Assembly: GCA_943367715.1 (NCBI GenBank)
Contig: CALRJY020000023.1
Location: 23,264 to 87,263, forward strand
DNA: 64,000 nt
From: Chitinophaga pinensis
Lineage (GTDB): Bacteria > Verrucomicrobiota > Verrucomicrobiia > Limisphaerales > JAEYXS01
Direction: 5' to 3'
The position numbers and the translations under genes are program-made. This document shows positions 1 to 9,126 of the stretch, one piece after another. A model generated the notes under the pieces. That model was given only the letters and a program-made list of their open reading frames with translations. It had not been told where the DNA came from and made no database searches. Numbering within the stretch: the stretch's first letter is position 1; each line of letters opens with the position of its first letter.

Positions 1-875
1 TGCGGATCGGACAGCAATCCTTTCAACAAAGAAGGCGTGCATTGAAAATGGGTGACACCGTGACGCTTGATCTGCTCAGGAACAGTCGTGCCTTCCGTGG
101 CCGCCAAGGTGCTGCTGCCACCCGGTTGGATGACAACTTTGAAACCACGGGCAAGCGTCCAGAAAAGTTCCAACACCGAGATGTCGAACGAGATGCTGGT
201 CACCGCCAACCACACGCCCGGCTCAGCTCCCAGTTCGCGATCCATCGCCACAAAGAAATTGGCGACATTCCGCTGAGTGAGCATCACACCCTTCGGCTGC
301 CCCGTGGAACCGGAGGTGTAGATGACATAAGCGAGGTGATGCGACGCCAGGTCAGTCATCGGCGCGGCCTCCGAAGCTCCCGTCTGCTCTTCCACACAGA
401 GAACTCGGTGATCGGCAGTCTGCAGCTCAAACCGGTCCACCAAGGCGCGCTGGGTCAGGACGATTCGTGCGCCGGAATCGCTTAACATATATTTGACCCG
501 CTCGCGGGGGTAAGAAGGGTCCAGCGGCACATAGGCTCCACCGGCCTTCCAGATGGCCAGCAAGCCGATCATCATCTCCAGGGAGCGATCCATCAGGACG
601 GCGACACACGCATCTGGTCCGATTCCGAGTTGCCGCAATTGGAGCGCCAGGGCATTAGCCCGTCCGTGCAATTCTGCATACGTCAACGTCCGGTCACCGA
701 AGACCAACGCACAACTATCTGGAGTTTTGCGCAACTGTTCGTCGAGGATTTCCGGAAGGCATTGATGGGAGAGAAAGGGGACTTCAGTCTGGTTCGCCGC
801 AAGCACCTCAGGGGTAGGCAAGGACCCCTGCGCTCCCGGAGCCTCTGGCGGCATCAGCAATGTCGAATCGTTCAT
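1..875 (-). CDS. NRPS-type adenylation (AMP-binding) domain protein, N-terminal part; continues past the window start
   Basis: Hand translation of the minus strand from the ATG (revcomp of 873-875) gives MNDSTLLMPPEAP...TLTYAELHGRANALA...AIWKAGGAYVPLDPSYPRER...LAYVIYTSGSTGQPKGVMLTQRNV...SISFDISVLELF. These are adenylation core motifs A1-A4. The frame stays open to position 1, so it is absent from the ORF track. Confidence 0.8.
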   Translation of the reverse strand, partial: MNDSTLLMPPEAPGAQGSLPTPEVLAANQTEVPFLSHQCLPEILDEQLRKTPDSCALVFGDRTLTYAELHGRANALALQLRQLGIGPDACVAVLMDRSLEMMIGLLAIWKAGGAYVPLDPSYPRERVKYMLSDSGARIVLTQRALVDRFELQTADHRVLCVEEQTGASEAAPMTDLASHHLAYVIYTSGSTGQPKGVMLTQRNVANFFVAMDRELGAEPGVWLAVTSISFDISVLELFWTLARGFKVVIQPGGSSTLAATEGTTVPEQIKRHGVTHFQCTPSLLKGLLSDP

Positions 876-1060
876 GGTCGTGACTGTCGTGGTATCCCCA
901 CCAAACTGCGTAAGAGTTAAACCAGTAAACGCTTAGCGTCATAGTAGGTGTAAACCTCACTGTCGGGGCGTTTCTCCACCACGATACAGGTCCATTCGGC
1001 GCGAACCCTGTTCAGGACGGGCACAAGGCCCCATTTCCGCAAACCAAGACTTGTCCCATC

Positions 1061-2281
1061 TTGTGCCCGTATGGATCACACACAACCGCCCGAAATACTT
1101 GGGCGGCTAGCATCCAGAAATTTATGGCCACATTTCCTTTTGTCATCTGCGGGGTTCCCTTTGATCAAGTAACAATGGACGAGTCGGTGGCGATCGTGCA
1201 GAAAATGATCGCTTCGAAACGTTCTCACCACATCGTCACGGCGAACGTAGATTTCCTCGTTCAATCACTCCACGACGAAGATCTCCATCGGATTTTTCTC
1301 GATGCCAACCTGTTGCTTTGCGACGGCACCCCGCTCGTATGGGCCTCACGCCTGCTGGGCAATCCGCTTCCTGAACGCGTGGCCGGCTCAGACCTCGTGC
1401 CGCGCCTCATCCAACTGGCCGAGAAAAAGAAATACCGCATCTTCCTGCTGGGCGGCAGCAGCGAAGCGAACAGCGCCGCCGTGGAGAATCTGAAGCAGCA
1501 GCATCCGAAGCTGATCATCGCCGGACATTACGCGCCTCCCTTTGCCCCTCTGCTCGAGATGAATCACAAGGAAATCTGCGACCGCATTCGTGAGGCAAAA
1601 CCCGATCTGCTGCTCGTTTCCTTCGGCTGTCCGAAGCAGGAAAAATGGATCGCCATGCATTACCAGTCACTGGGGGTGCCGGTGGTGATCGGCGTGGGTG
1701 CCGTGATCGACTTTGTGGCCCAGCGGGTGAAACGCGCGCCAGTGTGGATGCAACGCTCGGGAACCGAATGGGTCTTCCGGCTGGCGCAGGAACCGCGCCG
1801 CCTGTTCCGCCGTTATGCCGTGGACCTCTATTGCTTCGGCTTCGCGATGCTGCTGGAGCAATGGCATAACCTGACAAAAGCCACGCCCCAAAGACTCCAA
1901 ATGCACGGCCCCGTAGCGGAAACTCACAAGCAATGGCAGACGATCCATCTACCCAGCCGGCTGGATTCCAATGCCATCCTCGATAATGCAGCCTTTTGGC
2001 ACAAGCTGGGCGAAAGTCACTACCTGCTGAACCTGGAAGATGTCGAATTCATTGACGGAGTGGGCTTGGGTCTGCTGGTCCGGCTGCATCAGCGCCTCAA
2101 GCAGCAAGGCCACATGTTGATGCTTTACCGTCCTTCAGAAGCCGTCGCCGTTTCCCTAAGGCGGAGACGGTTGTTCGGACATTTCGTCGTCGTGAACAAC
2201 GAGCAAGAGGCCGGTGACATGGTTAGCAAGCATCAACACTCACACAACCTTCCAGCTTCTGTATCACCAGAACTGAACTAG
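1061..2281 (+). CDS. WecG/TagA/CpsF-family (GT26) glycosyltransferase fused to a C-terminal STAS-like domain
   Basis: The N-terminal ~250 aa carry family hallmarks: IVTANVDFLV, LLLCDGTPLVWASRLLG, RVAGSDL, IFLLGG, SFGCPKQEKWI, IGVGAVIDFVAQRVKRAP, GTEWVFRLAQEPRRLFRRY. The last ~110 aa (HYLLNLEDVEFIDGVGLGLLVRLHQRLKQQGHMLMLY) look like an anti-sigma-antagonist/STAS fold. The likely true start is the Met at 1124 (MATFPFVICG). Confidence 0.85.
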   Translation: MCPYGSHTTARNTWAASIQKFMATFPFVICGVPFDQVTMDESVAIVQKMIASKRSHHIVTANVDFLVQSLHDEDLHRIFLDANLLLCDGTPLVWASRLLGNPLPERVAGSDLVPRLIQLAEKKKYRIFLLGGSSEANSAAVENLKQQHPKLIIAGHYAPPFAPLLEMNHKEICDRIREAKPDLLLVSFGCPKQEKWIAMHYQSLGVPVVIGVGAVIDFVAQRVKRAPVWMQRSGTEWVFRLAQEPRRLFRRYAVDLYCFGFAMLLEQWHNLTKATPQRLQMHGPVAETHKQWQTIHLPSRLDSNAILDNAAFWHKLGESHYLLNLEDVEFIDGVGLGLLVRLHQRLKQQGHMLMLYRPSEAVAVSLRRRRLFGHFVVVNNEQEAGDMVSKHQHSHNLPASVSPELN

Positions 2282-2286
2282 AAGAC

Positions 2287-3453
2287 ATGAATATCGGGAT
2301 CTCCACATCAGTCGTTCAACGGGGGAAAACAGGCGTCGGCCAGTATCTGCTGGCCTTGACGAAAGCATTCATCGAAGCGGATACCGGTCATCAATTCACT
2401 CTCTTCGTATTGGAGGAGGATCTGCCGCTCTTCGAATTCGCGCGGGACAGTGTGACCCTGATCCCAGTGGCGGAACGCTTCCGCCCGCCGGTGACTAATA
2501 TCCTTTGGCATCAGTTCGAACTGCCACGTTTGGTCAGGAAGCACCAGATTGACGTCCTTCACATCCCCAGTTACCGGCGCATGGTATGGCAGCATCCCTG
2601 CCCGATGGTGGCGACCATCCACGATCTGGCCCCGCTCCGGGTGCAGGGCAAGTACGACTGGAAACGCACCTTCTACGCCGGCTGGGCCGTCAAGCATCTG
2701 GCGCGGCGGCAAGACCACATCATCGCCGTCAGCAACAGCACGGCTCAGGATATCCAACATTTTTTTGAGATCCCGGAGAGCCAGCTCACCGTGGTGCACA
2801 ATGGCGTGGACCATCAGCGCTACTCGGCCGAACGCATCCCCCAGGCCAAGGCCCAGATAGCCCAGCGTTATGGGTTAAAGAACCCATTCTTTCTGTACGT
2901 CTCCCGGCTGGAGCACCCGGCCAAAAACCACCTGCGGTTGATCCAGGCTTTTGAGCTGTTTCAGGAACGCAACTCGCCCTGGCAGCTCGTCTTCGCCGGC
3001 AGTGACTGGACGGGGGCCGAAGTCATTCACAAGGCCATCGAGAAATCCCGATGCAAGAACGTCATCCATAACTTGGGCTTTGTGCCGGACGAAGTGGTCC
3101 CCGATCTCATGCGGGCCGCGGATGTCTTCGTGTATCCCTCCCTCTACGAAGGCTTCGGGCTGCCTATCGCCGAGGCCATGGCCTGCGGTTGCCCGGTGAT
3201 CTGCTCCAACAGCAGCAGCATGCTGGAAGTGGCCGGGGACGCTGCGGCCACCGCTGATCCCAAAAATGTGATGGCGCTGAAATGGCAACTGCTGCGTCTG
3301 GCAGGCAGCCCTAAACTGCGCGAACAGCTTTCGCAAGCAGGGTTGCGCCAGGCAAAGATCTTTGACTGGAAACGGACGGCCGAGGCTTCCCTCAAAGTGT
3401 ATGAGCAAGCCGCCCGTCAATCTCCTGTGCTTACCGCGGAGAAACTGGCGTGA
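2287..3453 (+). CDS. Glycosyltransferase family 4 (GT-B, RfaG-like)
   Basis: 388-aa ORF 6 nt after the previous gene. The C-terminal motif YPSLYEGFGLPIAEAMACGCPVICSNSSSMLEVAGDAA is typical of GT4 enzymes. Confidence 0.85.
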   Translation: MNIGISTSVVQRGKTGVGQYLLALTKAFIEADTGHQFTLFVLEEDLPLFEFARDSVTLIPVAERFRPPVTNILWHQFELPRLVRKHQIDVLHIPSYRRMVWQHPCPMVATIHDLAPLRVQGKYDWKRTFYAGWAVKHLARRQDHIIAVSNSTAQDIQHFFEIPESQLTVVHNGVDHQRYSAERIPQAKAQIAQRYGLKNPFFLYVSRLEHPAKNHLRLIQAFELFQERNSPWQLVFAGSDWTGAEVIHKAIEKSRCKNVIHNLGFVPDEVVPDLMRAADVFVYPSLYEGFGLPIAEAMACGCPVICSNSSSMLEVAGDAAATADPKNVMALKWQLLRLAGSPKLREQLSQAGLRQAKIFDWKRTAEASLKVYEQAARQSPVLTAEKLA

Positions 3454-3814
3454 GCTACCACAGCAGAATGGACGGTTTTGCGCTTTGGGGTGTTCACCCC
3501 AAACACGAATGGGAGAATACCATAGCCGGGCCTGAAACAGCCTCCAATATTCGCCAAAAGCTGCCATTTTACAGCCATTTCACCAATATTTCACCTGTCC
3601 CACCCACTCAGGACAGAGAGGTTTGACAGTGGATGATACGAGTACATAAGTGACATCATGCAAAGTTCCCTAATGAAACTTCGGACAGCCCTAAGTGCGG
3701 TTCGCAAGTGGCTGAAACTGGTGATTTTCAGGGGCTTCAGCGCACCACAACGAGTTCCTGTCCATCATCAACCGGAAAGATTTTGACCTGCCATTTCATT
3801 TTTAAAACATAGCC

Positions 3815-5815
3815 ATGAAAAACAAAACACACACACTCCTGCTGGCCCTCACGATGCTGCTCGGCCAGCTTCCGGCATGGAGCCAGACCGCCGATGCACT
3901 GGTTACCCAAGGAAGGGCCGCCCTTGCCGCCCACGACATGCCCACAGCGACACTACGCTTCAGTGAAGCGGTTCAGAACAGCCCCAACCATGAATCCGCA
4001 AATTTCTTCTACGGCATCACCCGCCTGCTGAACTCCGCGCAAACGACCGCGGGCACAACGTTCCTGAACCAACTCGGCGTCAGCGCTGGCGGACGGAGTC
4101 CCTATGATTGGACCGCAACCGTGCCGGAGGACGGCGCGGGCGATCCTTTGGCTCCCGCTGGCGTTTCGGCTTCCGCATTCGCGGGCCATTTGCGAAACCA
4201 GATCCTGCCTGAAGTCACCGCCGCCGAAGGCAATCTCGCCAAGGTCGTGACCACCACCTTCCGAGTATCACTGACCGCCAATGAAACAGGTGGCAGTGCA
4301 GTGGACATGGACTACGCGGATGTGCAGATGCTGAAAGCGTTGCTGAAAGCCTTTAAATACTGGATCTACACTGTGAATTCATGGAATGCCAACATCCAAT
4401 TGACCGCCCTGAAAACACTGGCCGTGAATCACGACTTGAATGCCCAGGCTTTGATTGCCGCCAATCCCTCCCTGTTCACGTTGACCACGACGACTGACCA
4501 GGCAGCAGCCCGCACCGCCTTTGAAGAATTCGTGACGTTCTATCAGAACGCCTCCGCCGCCATCCGCGGCCGCGCTTCCCAGACAGACCTCCTGTTCCAG
4601 TATGATGCCGAAATGAGCATCCGCGAAGAAAACTTCCGGCAGGCGCTGACGGAATTGAAAACCTCTCTGACGGCACCGGGCACGGGGCTCACGATGGCTC
4701 CGGGCGTTACCTTCAGTCTCGCCAATCATTTTTCCGCCAGCAGTTCACCGCGGAATTTCCTGCCCAAATTCTCCGGTGATTCATTCCTGCGCGGCACGCT
4801 CCAAGACGTCACTTTCGGTGGCATTGTCGTAGGCTTGAAGCGCTCTGACATCGAGGATTTTCTGGGCGATGTGACCAAGTCAGCTCCGAATATCCTGAGC
4901 AATTCTTTCACCGGCGATGCCGTGAGCGGCTTCACCGTTTCGCTCATCTCCGATATCGCCTACAACGAAACCTTCACATTCCTGACCGACACTGCGGTGC
5001 CGTTCACATCCCCGGCGACCATTCCCGCGGAAGCCAGCATTATCGGCCAGGATGCGCAAGGAAATCGGCGGGTGGAAACCCTCTTCGCGACAACGCCCGG
5101 CGATACGGCGAACTTCATTGCCATAAAAACCGAGGACACGGTCACAATCCAAGGGCATCTCTATGATAGCTTCGGATTCCCCGTATCCGGGGCGCTGGTC
5201 CGGATGAAAGGGAAAGAGGATTCCATCTACACGTTTACTTCCCTGGACGGTTTCTACTCCATGACACCGGACAAAGAAGCACGCCTGCCCATCACTGCCT
5301 ACCGGCTCGAAGCAGTGGATGAATTCTTGGGCACGGTCAGCACCGGCTACCGTTTCCGCAATGAAATCACCGACATCCAGTTCCCGCCCCCTGCGGTCAC
5401 GCCGCCAGCTCCGGCCAACGACAATTTTGCCAATGCCATCACGTTGACCGGTTTCCCGACCGCGACGACCGGTAGCAACACGGGAGCGACCCGGCAACCG
5501 GGTGAACCGCAGCATACGGACATCGCCGACCCGTTCGCCGGCCGTCAATCGGTGTGGTGGAACTGGACTGCTGCGAGCACCGGCCAGGTACAGATCACTA
5601 CCGCAGGCAGCAATTACGATACGCTCCTGGGTGTCTATACCGGAACGAGTGTCAGCAGCCTTACCAAAATCGCGGCAAATGACGGTCATCCGGAAGATGA
5701 CTATCAGATCAGCAAAGTAACCTTCACCGCGATCGTTGGCACGACCTACCGCATCGCGGTGGATGGCTGGCGCACGGCCAATGGTAACATCACGCTTACC
5801 ATTCAGACGCCTTAA
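3815..5815 (+). CDS. Secreted protein with a carboxypeptidase-regulatory-like beta-sandwich and a C-terminal pre-peptidase-like domain
   Basis: N-terminal signal peptide MKNKTHTLLLALTMLLGQLPAWSQ. TIQGHLYDSFGFPVSGALVRMKG...TSLDGFYSM resembles CarboxypepD_reg. The C-terminal NDNFANAITL...GVYTG...YRIAVDG pattern is also present. A strong terminator follows. Confidence 0.65.
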   Translation: MKNKTHTLLLALTMLLGQLPAWSQTADALVTQGRAALAAHDMPTATLRFSEAVQNSPNHESANFFYGITRLLNSAQTTAGTTFLNQLGVSAGGRSPYDWTATVPEDGAGDPLAPAGVSASAFAGHLRNQILPEVTAAEGNLAKVVTTTFRVSLTANETGGSAVDMDYADVQMLKALLKAFKYWIYTVNSWNANIQLTALKTLAVNHDLNAQALIAANPSLFTLTTTTDQAAARTAFEEFVTFYQNASAAIRGRASQTDLLFQYDAEMSIREENFRQALTELKTSLTAPGTGLTMAPGVTFSLANHFSASSSPRNFLPKFSGDSFLRGTLQDVTFGGIVVGLKRSDIEDFLGDVTKSAPNILSNSFTGDAVSGFTVSLISDIAYNETFTFLTDTAVPFTSPATIPAEASIIGQDAQGNRRVETLFATTPGDTANFIAIKTEDTVTIQGHLYDSFGFPVSGALVRMKGKEDSIYTFTSLDGFYSMTPDKEARLPITAYRLEAVDEFLGTVSTGYRFRNEITDIQFPPPAVTPPAPANDNFANAITLTGFPTATTGSNTGATRQPGEPQHTDIADPFAGRQSVWWNWTAASTGQVQITTAGSNYDTLLGVYTGTSVSSLTKIAANDGHPEDDYQISKVTFTAIVGTTYRIAVDGWRTANGNITLTIQTP

Positions 5816-5840
5816 CGTTATTCTTATCAACGCAGATCTC

Positions 5841-5871
5841 GAGGCCGGGCAAATGCCCGGCCTCATTTTTT
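5841..5871 (+). terminator. Rho-independent terminator
   Basis: Perfect 10-bp GC-rich stem GAGGCCGGGC / GCCCGGCCTC (5841-5850 / 5855-5864) with a 4-nt loop, followed by ATTTTTT. It lies 26 nt after the stop at 5815. Confidence 0.75.
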
Positions 5872-6204
5872 GTGGGCCAGAGAAAATGCAATGGAACGCT
5901 CTCTTGAAAAACGATTCTGCAACAATCTCAGGATCTTTTTAGGAATCATTATTCCAGCACAATGAACCTAAGTCGTTGTTCCACAAGCGCCTGACTAACC
6001 GCCCTATTCTCAGGGAATACTGGCACGTTTGAAGCTTATATATAACTTGCAAGGTAAGACGAAGGAACGCGGAAGCGGTATGCTGATTACTGCTCGGGAG
6101 CCCCCCGACACGAAGCAACCAAACCCGAGTTCACACCTCTTACCTTGTATTTTTTGTTCGTTCAAAACGAAGGTGCGAGGCGCAGGCAGAAAAGTATTGG
6201 CATT

Positions 6205-6753
6205 TCACTCTCCACCTAAGGCGCTCACGCGGATCAATTTGAGCGGCATCATGCAAGGATCGGTCACCAGCGTGTAACCGGAAATGCCCAAGGCCATGCC
6301 GTAAGGGCTGGGGGCAATGAGCGCCCAAGGCGAGAAAGCTTCCGTGGTAAGGCCCAGCTGGTGCAAAAGCAGATGGCAATTACGCCATTTCTCCGAAGGA
6401 GTCCCACCAGACACGAAAAACTCCCTCTGCAGATCCAAGGGAAAGGCACCCACATCGAAGGCAGGAAAGGAGCCGGTAGCCTGCCAGCATTCATAGGTGC
6501 ATTCGCCGATCTCGCCCTCGGCTGAACCCACCAGTTCCGCCAGACACAGGGCGGTGCTATCGGCAAAATACTTCGCCGGCTTGCCTTCCAGATTCCAACG
6601 GCCTGCACTTGTCGGTATCACCCCAGCAGCCAATTGCGCTTTCGCGACCGGAGTGACGCTGCCCAGAAAAGTGCCGACGGCAATTGTAGTCATCAACGGT
6701 GGCTGGTTCTTCAAAAAGGAGTGAAGACGTTTTGCAAAGGCGGCGGTATCCAT
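6205..6753 (-). CDS. Hypothetical protein (182 aa)
   Basis: Longest ORF in this interval. I recognised no motif. Overlapping ORFs in other frames are shorter. Confidence 0.4.
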   Translation of the reverse strand: MDTAAFAKRLHSFLKNQPPLMTTIAVGTFLGSVTPVAKAQLAAGVIPTSAGRWNLEGKPAKYFADSTALCLAELVGSAEGEIGECTYECWQATGSFPAFDVGAFPLDLQREFFVSGGTPSEKWRNCHLLLHQLGLTTEAFSPWALIAPSPYGMALGISGYTLVTDPCMMPLKLIRVSALGGE

Positions 6754-6960
6754 AAGTCATTGTCATCAAGGGCAAAATGGGGCGAGAAGTAGCCAGCAGA
6801 AAGAGTGCCGCCCTCTTGCCTCCGACCTGCTCCAGAAAAAAGACCTCCAGCCCGCAAACCAGGCTGGAGGTCCCTCAACACTAACACCGACATTGGTTTA
6901 GCGCCACGCCGTGACTCTGCCCCACACGGGCAACGGACGTGGCTAAAAAATCGCCACAAA

Positions 6961-7827
6961 TCAATCCGAATGAGAGTGCCGGACCCATTCATCATGCGCG
7001 GCCTTGGATTCAAGTTCGCCGCGTTCCCGTTTGCATTCAGAAGGATCCACTTCCTCGTAGAATTGCTGGTTGAGCTTGGCTTGGGCGCTTTCGGTCATCA
7101 CCCGACGCGCAAAAACAAGGGTCTTGTTCACCGTGCCACTTACGGTCACGCGTTCCCCTCTCATCACTGCTTCGTAACCATCCTTGGCGACGTCTTGAGG
7201 AGCCATGAGGTTGGCTTTCTGGAAAGCGCGGGTAGCCATCATATCCGCCTTGGGGAAGAAATCGGTATCAGTCGGCCCCGGGCAGAGTGCGGTAACGCTG
7301 ATGCTGGTCTGCTCCAGTTCCGTGGCCAAAGCTTCGCTGAAGGAGAGCACGAACGCTTTGGTGGCATGATACACCGCCAACAAAGGCCCCGGCTCAAAAC
7401 CGGCTACAGAGGCCGTATTCAGGATGCGTCCATGCCCGCGGGCGAGCATGGAGGGCAAAAAGCACTTGGTCATGCGAATCACCGCTTCAATGTTCAAGCG
7501 CATCATGCTGATATCCTTCTCCAAAGGAATCTCCCAGAAACGGCCCCGCTGCCCCAAGCCGGCATTGTTCACCAGGATCTCCACCTGGACACCGGCCCGA
7601 TAGAGTTCATCAAATATCTCATCCGCAGAATCGGACCGTTCCAGATCTTTGCCGATGGAATAAATCTCGACCCCATAAGTCTGACGAATGTCTTCGGCCA
7701 CCTTTTGAACTTCACTGAAATCTGGAGCCACCAGAACGAGATCATGACCATGCTTGGCAAACTCCCGGGCCAGGCTAAGACCTATGCCGCTGGAAGCGCC
7801 GGTTATCAGAGTCGTTTGCGCATTCAT
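6961..7827 (-). CDS. Short-chain dehydrogenase/reductase (SDR)
   Basis: TTLITGASSGIGLSLAREFAKHG (TGxxxGxG Rossmann motif), NNAG, and YHATKAF (YxxxK catalytic motif). Confidence 0.9.
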   Translation of the reverse strand: MNAQTTLITGASSGIGLSLAREFAKHGHDLVLVAPDFSEVQKVAEDIRQTYGVEIYSIGKDLERSDSADEIFDELYRAGVQVEILVNNAGLGQRGRFWEIPLEKDISMMRLNIEAVIRMTKCFLPSMLARGHGRILNTASVAGFEPGPLLAVYHATKAFVLSFSEALATELEQTSISVTALCPGPTDTDFFPKADMMATRAFQKANLMAPQDVAKDGYEAVMRGERVTVSGTVNKTLVFARRVMTESAQAKLNQQFYEEVDPSECKRERGELESKAAHDEWVRHSHSD

Positions 7828-7973
7828 ACCGGTAAACCTCCCGCCAGAAGGACCTATAAACCACGGGGTGTGAACCCCATGTGTCTGCGGAAAAGCCCTC
7901 CCTAGCGGTTTTGGTGAAATGAGCGATTAGTAAGCAGCAATTCTGAGGTAAGCACCGAAGAACAGATAAAAGA

Positions 7974-8993
7974 GTGAAATCCACCAACCGCGCCAGCCTT
8001 CAGCACGACCCCAAAAGTAAACGAGGCATCAGGCGTCAACGGAAAGGCCATGGATTCACTTATGTGGATGCGCGAGGGCGGGCAATCACTAAAACGGACA
8101 CGTTGGAACGTATCAAGTCACTTGCCATTCCACCTGCCTGGGAGGAGGTGTGGATCAGCCCTTCCTCAAACAGCCCCTTGCAGGCGACCGGCCGTGACGC
8201 CCGCCAGCGCAAACAGTATCTCTATCATCCGGCACAACGGGCCCGGCAGGAACGCGGCAAATACCGGCGCATCCTTAAATTCGCACAGGTACTGCCGCGT
8301 GTCCGGCGACGCCTGCGGAGAGACCTCCAAAAACCGGGACTAGCATTGGAGAAAGTGCTGGCGACGGTGGTTGGCCTGCTTGATTGCAGCCTGATCCGCG
8401 TGGGCAACCGCGAGTATGCCAAACAGAACGGCTCTTTCGGTCTGACCACACTGCAAGACCAGCATGTCAGTGTGACCTCCGGGGATCTGGAATTTCGTTT
8501 TCGCGGAAAGAGCAAAAAGTTCCACACCATCCAAGTGCATGACTGGAAACTGGCTGAAGTAGTAAGGCAGTGCCGCAATATCAAAGGACGGCATCTCTTC
8601 CAATATCTCGACGAAAAGAAACGCGCACACAAAATCACTTCCACCGACGTGAATGATTACCTGCGCCGGATCAGCCAGGTAGAATTCAGTGCCAAGGATT
8701 TTCGCACCTGGTCAGCCACGGTATTGATGTGCACCGCATTGCTGAAGATGACCAAGTGCACTTCGACGGCTCAAGCGAAACGGAACTTGAAGGAAGGACT
8801 GGCCACGGTCTCCGAACGTCTGGGCAACACACCGGCAATCTGCCGCAAATCCTATATTCACCCGATCATTCTGCAGACCTATCTGTCCCGTCTGAACTTG
8901 CCCAAAATCCATCCTGTGAAAGCCGCACCACGTGGCTTGTTCAAACAGGAATTGATTGCCTACGGCTTGCTGCAAAGGCTGTTAAGCCGATGA
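7974..8993 (+). CDS. DNA topoisomerase IB (poxvirus-like bacterial type)
   Basis: GFTYVDARGRAITKTDTLERIKSLAIPPAWEEVWIS, FRFRGKSKK, SAKDFRTWSATV and ICRKSYIHP (catalytic Tyr region) match the bacterial TopIB pattern. Confidence 0.85.
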   Translation: MKSTNRASLQHDPKSKRGIRRQRKGHGFTYVDARGRAITKTDTLERIKSLAIPPAWEEVWISPSSNSPLQATGRDARQRKQYLYHPAQRARQERGKYRRILKFAQVLPRVRRRLRRDLQKPGLALEKVLATVVGLLDCSLIRVGNREYAKQNGSFGLTTLQDQHVSVTSGDLEFRFRGKSKKFHTIQVHDWKLAEVVRQCRNIKGRHLFQYLDEKKRAHKITSTDVNDYLRRISQVEFSAKDFRTWSATVLMCTALLKMTKCTSTAQAKRNLKEGLATVSERLGNTPAICRKSYIHPIILQTYLSRLNLPKIHPVKAAPRGLFKQELIAYGLLQRLLSR

Positions 8994-9126
8994 ACCTGGG
9001 GCTTGGACAAGGTTAAGCTTCAACTCGAGAGGATATCCCTCACCCGAAAGTGTTAGTGGCGGCTCCCACCAATGCGTCCGTGACGGCACCCTGTATTGCG
9101 CTACACTGCGGAAGTCACCGAAGCAC

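Noticed and set aside
6029-6379. Short ORFs 6029-6277 (+) and 6140-6379 (-) between the terminator at 5871 and gene 6205-6753
   Set aside because: They overlap each other, have no motifs or plausible starts, and partly overlap the 3' end of the longer minus-strand ORF.
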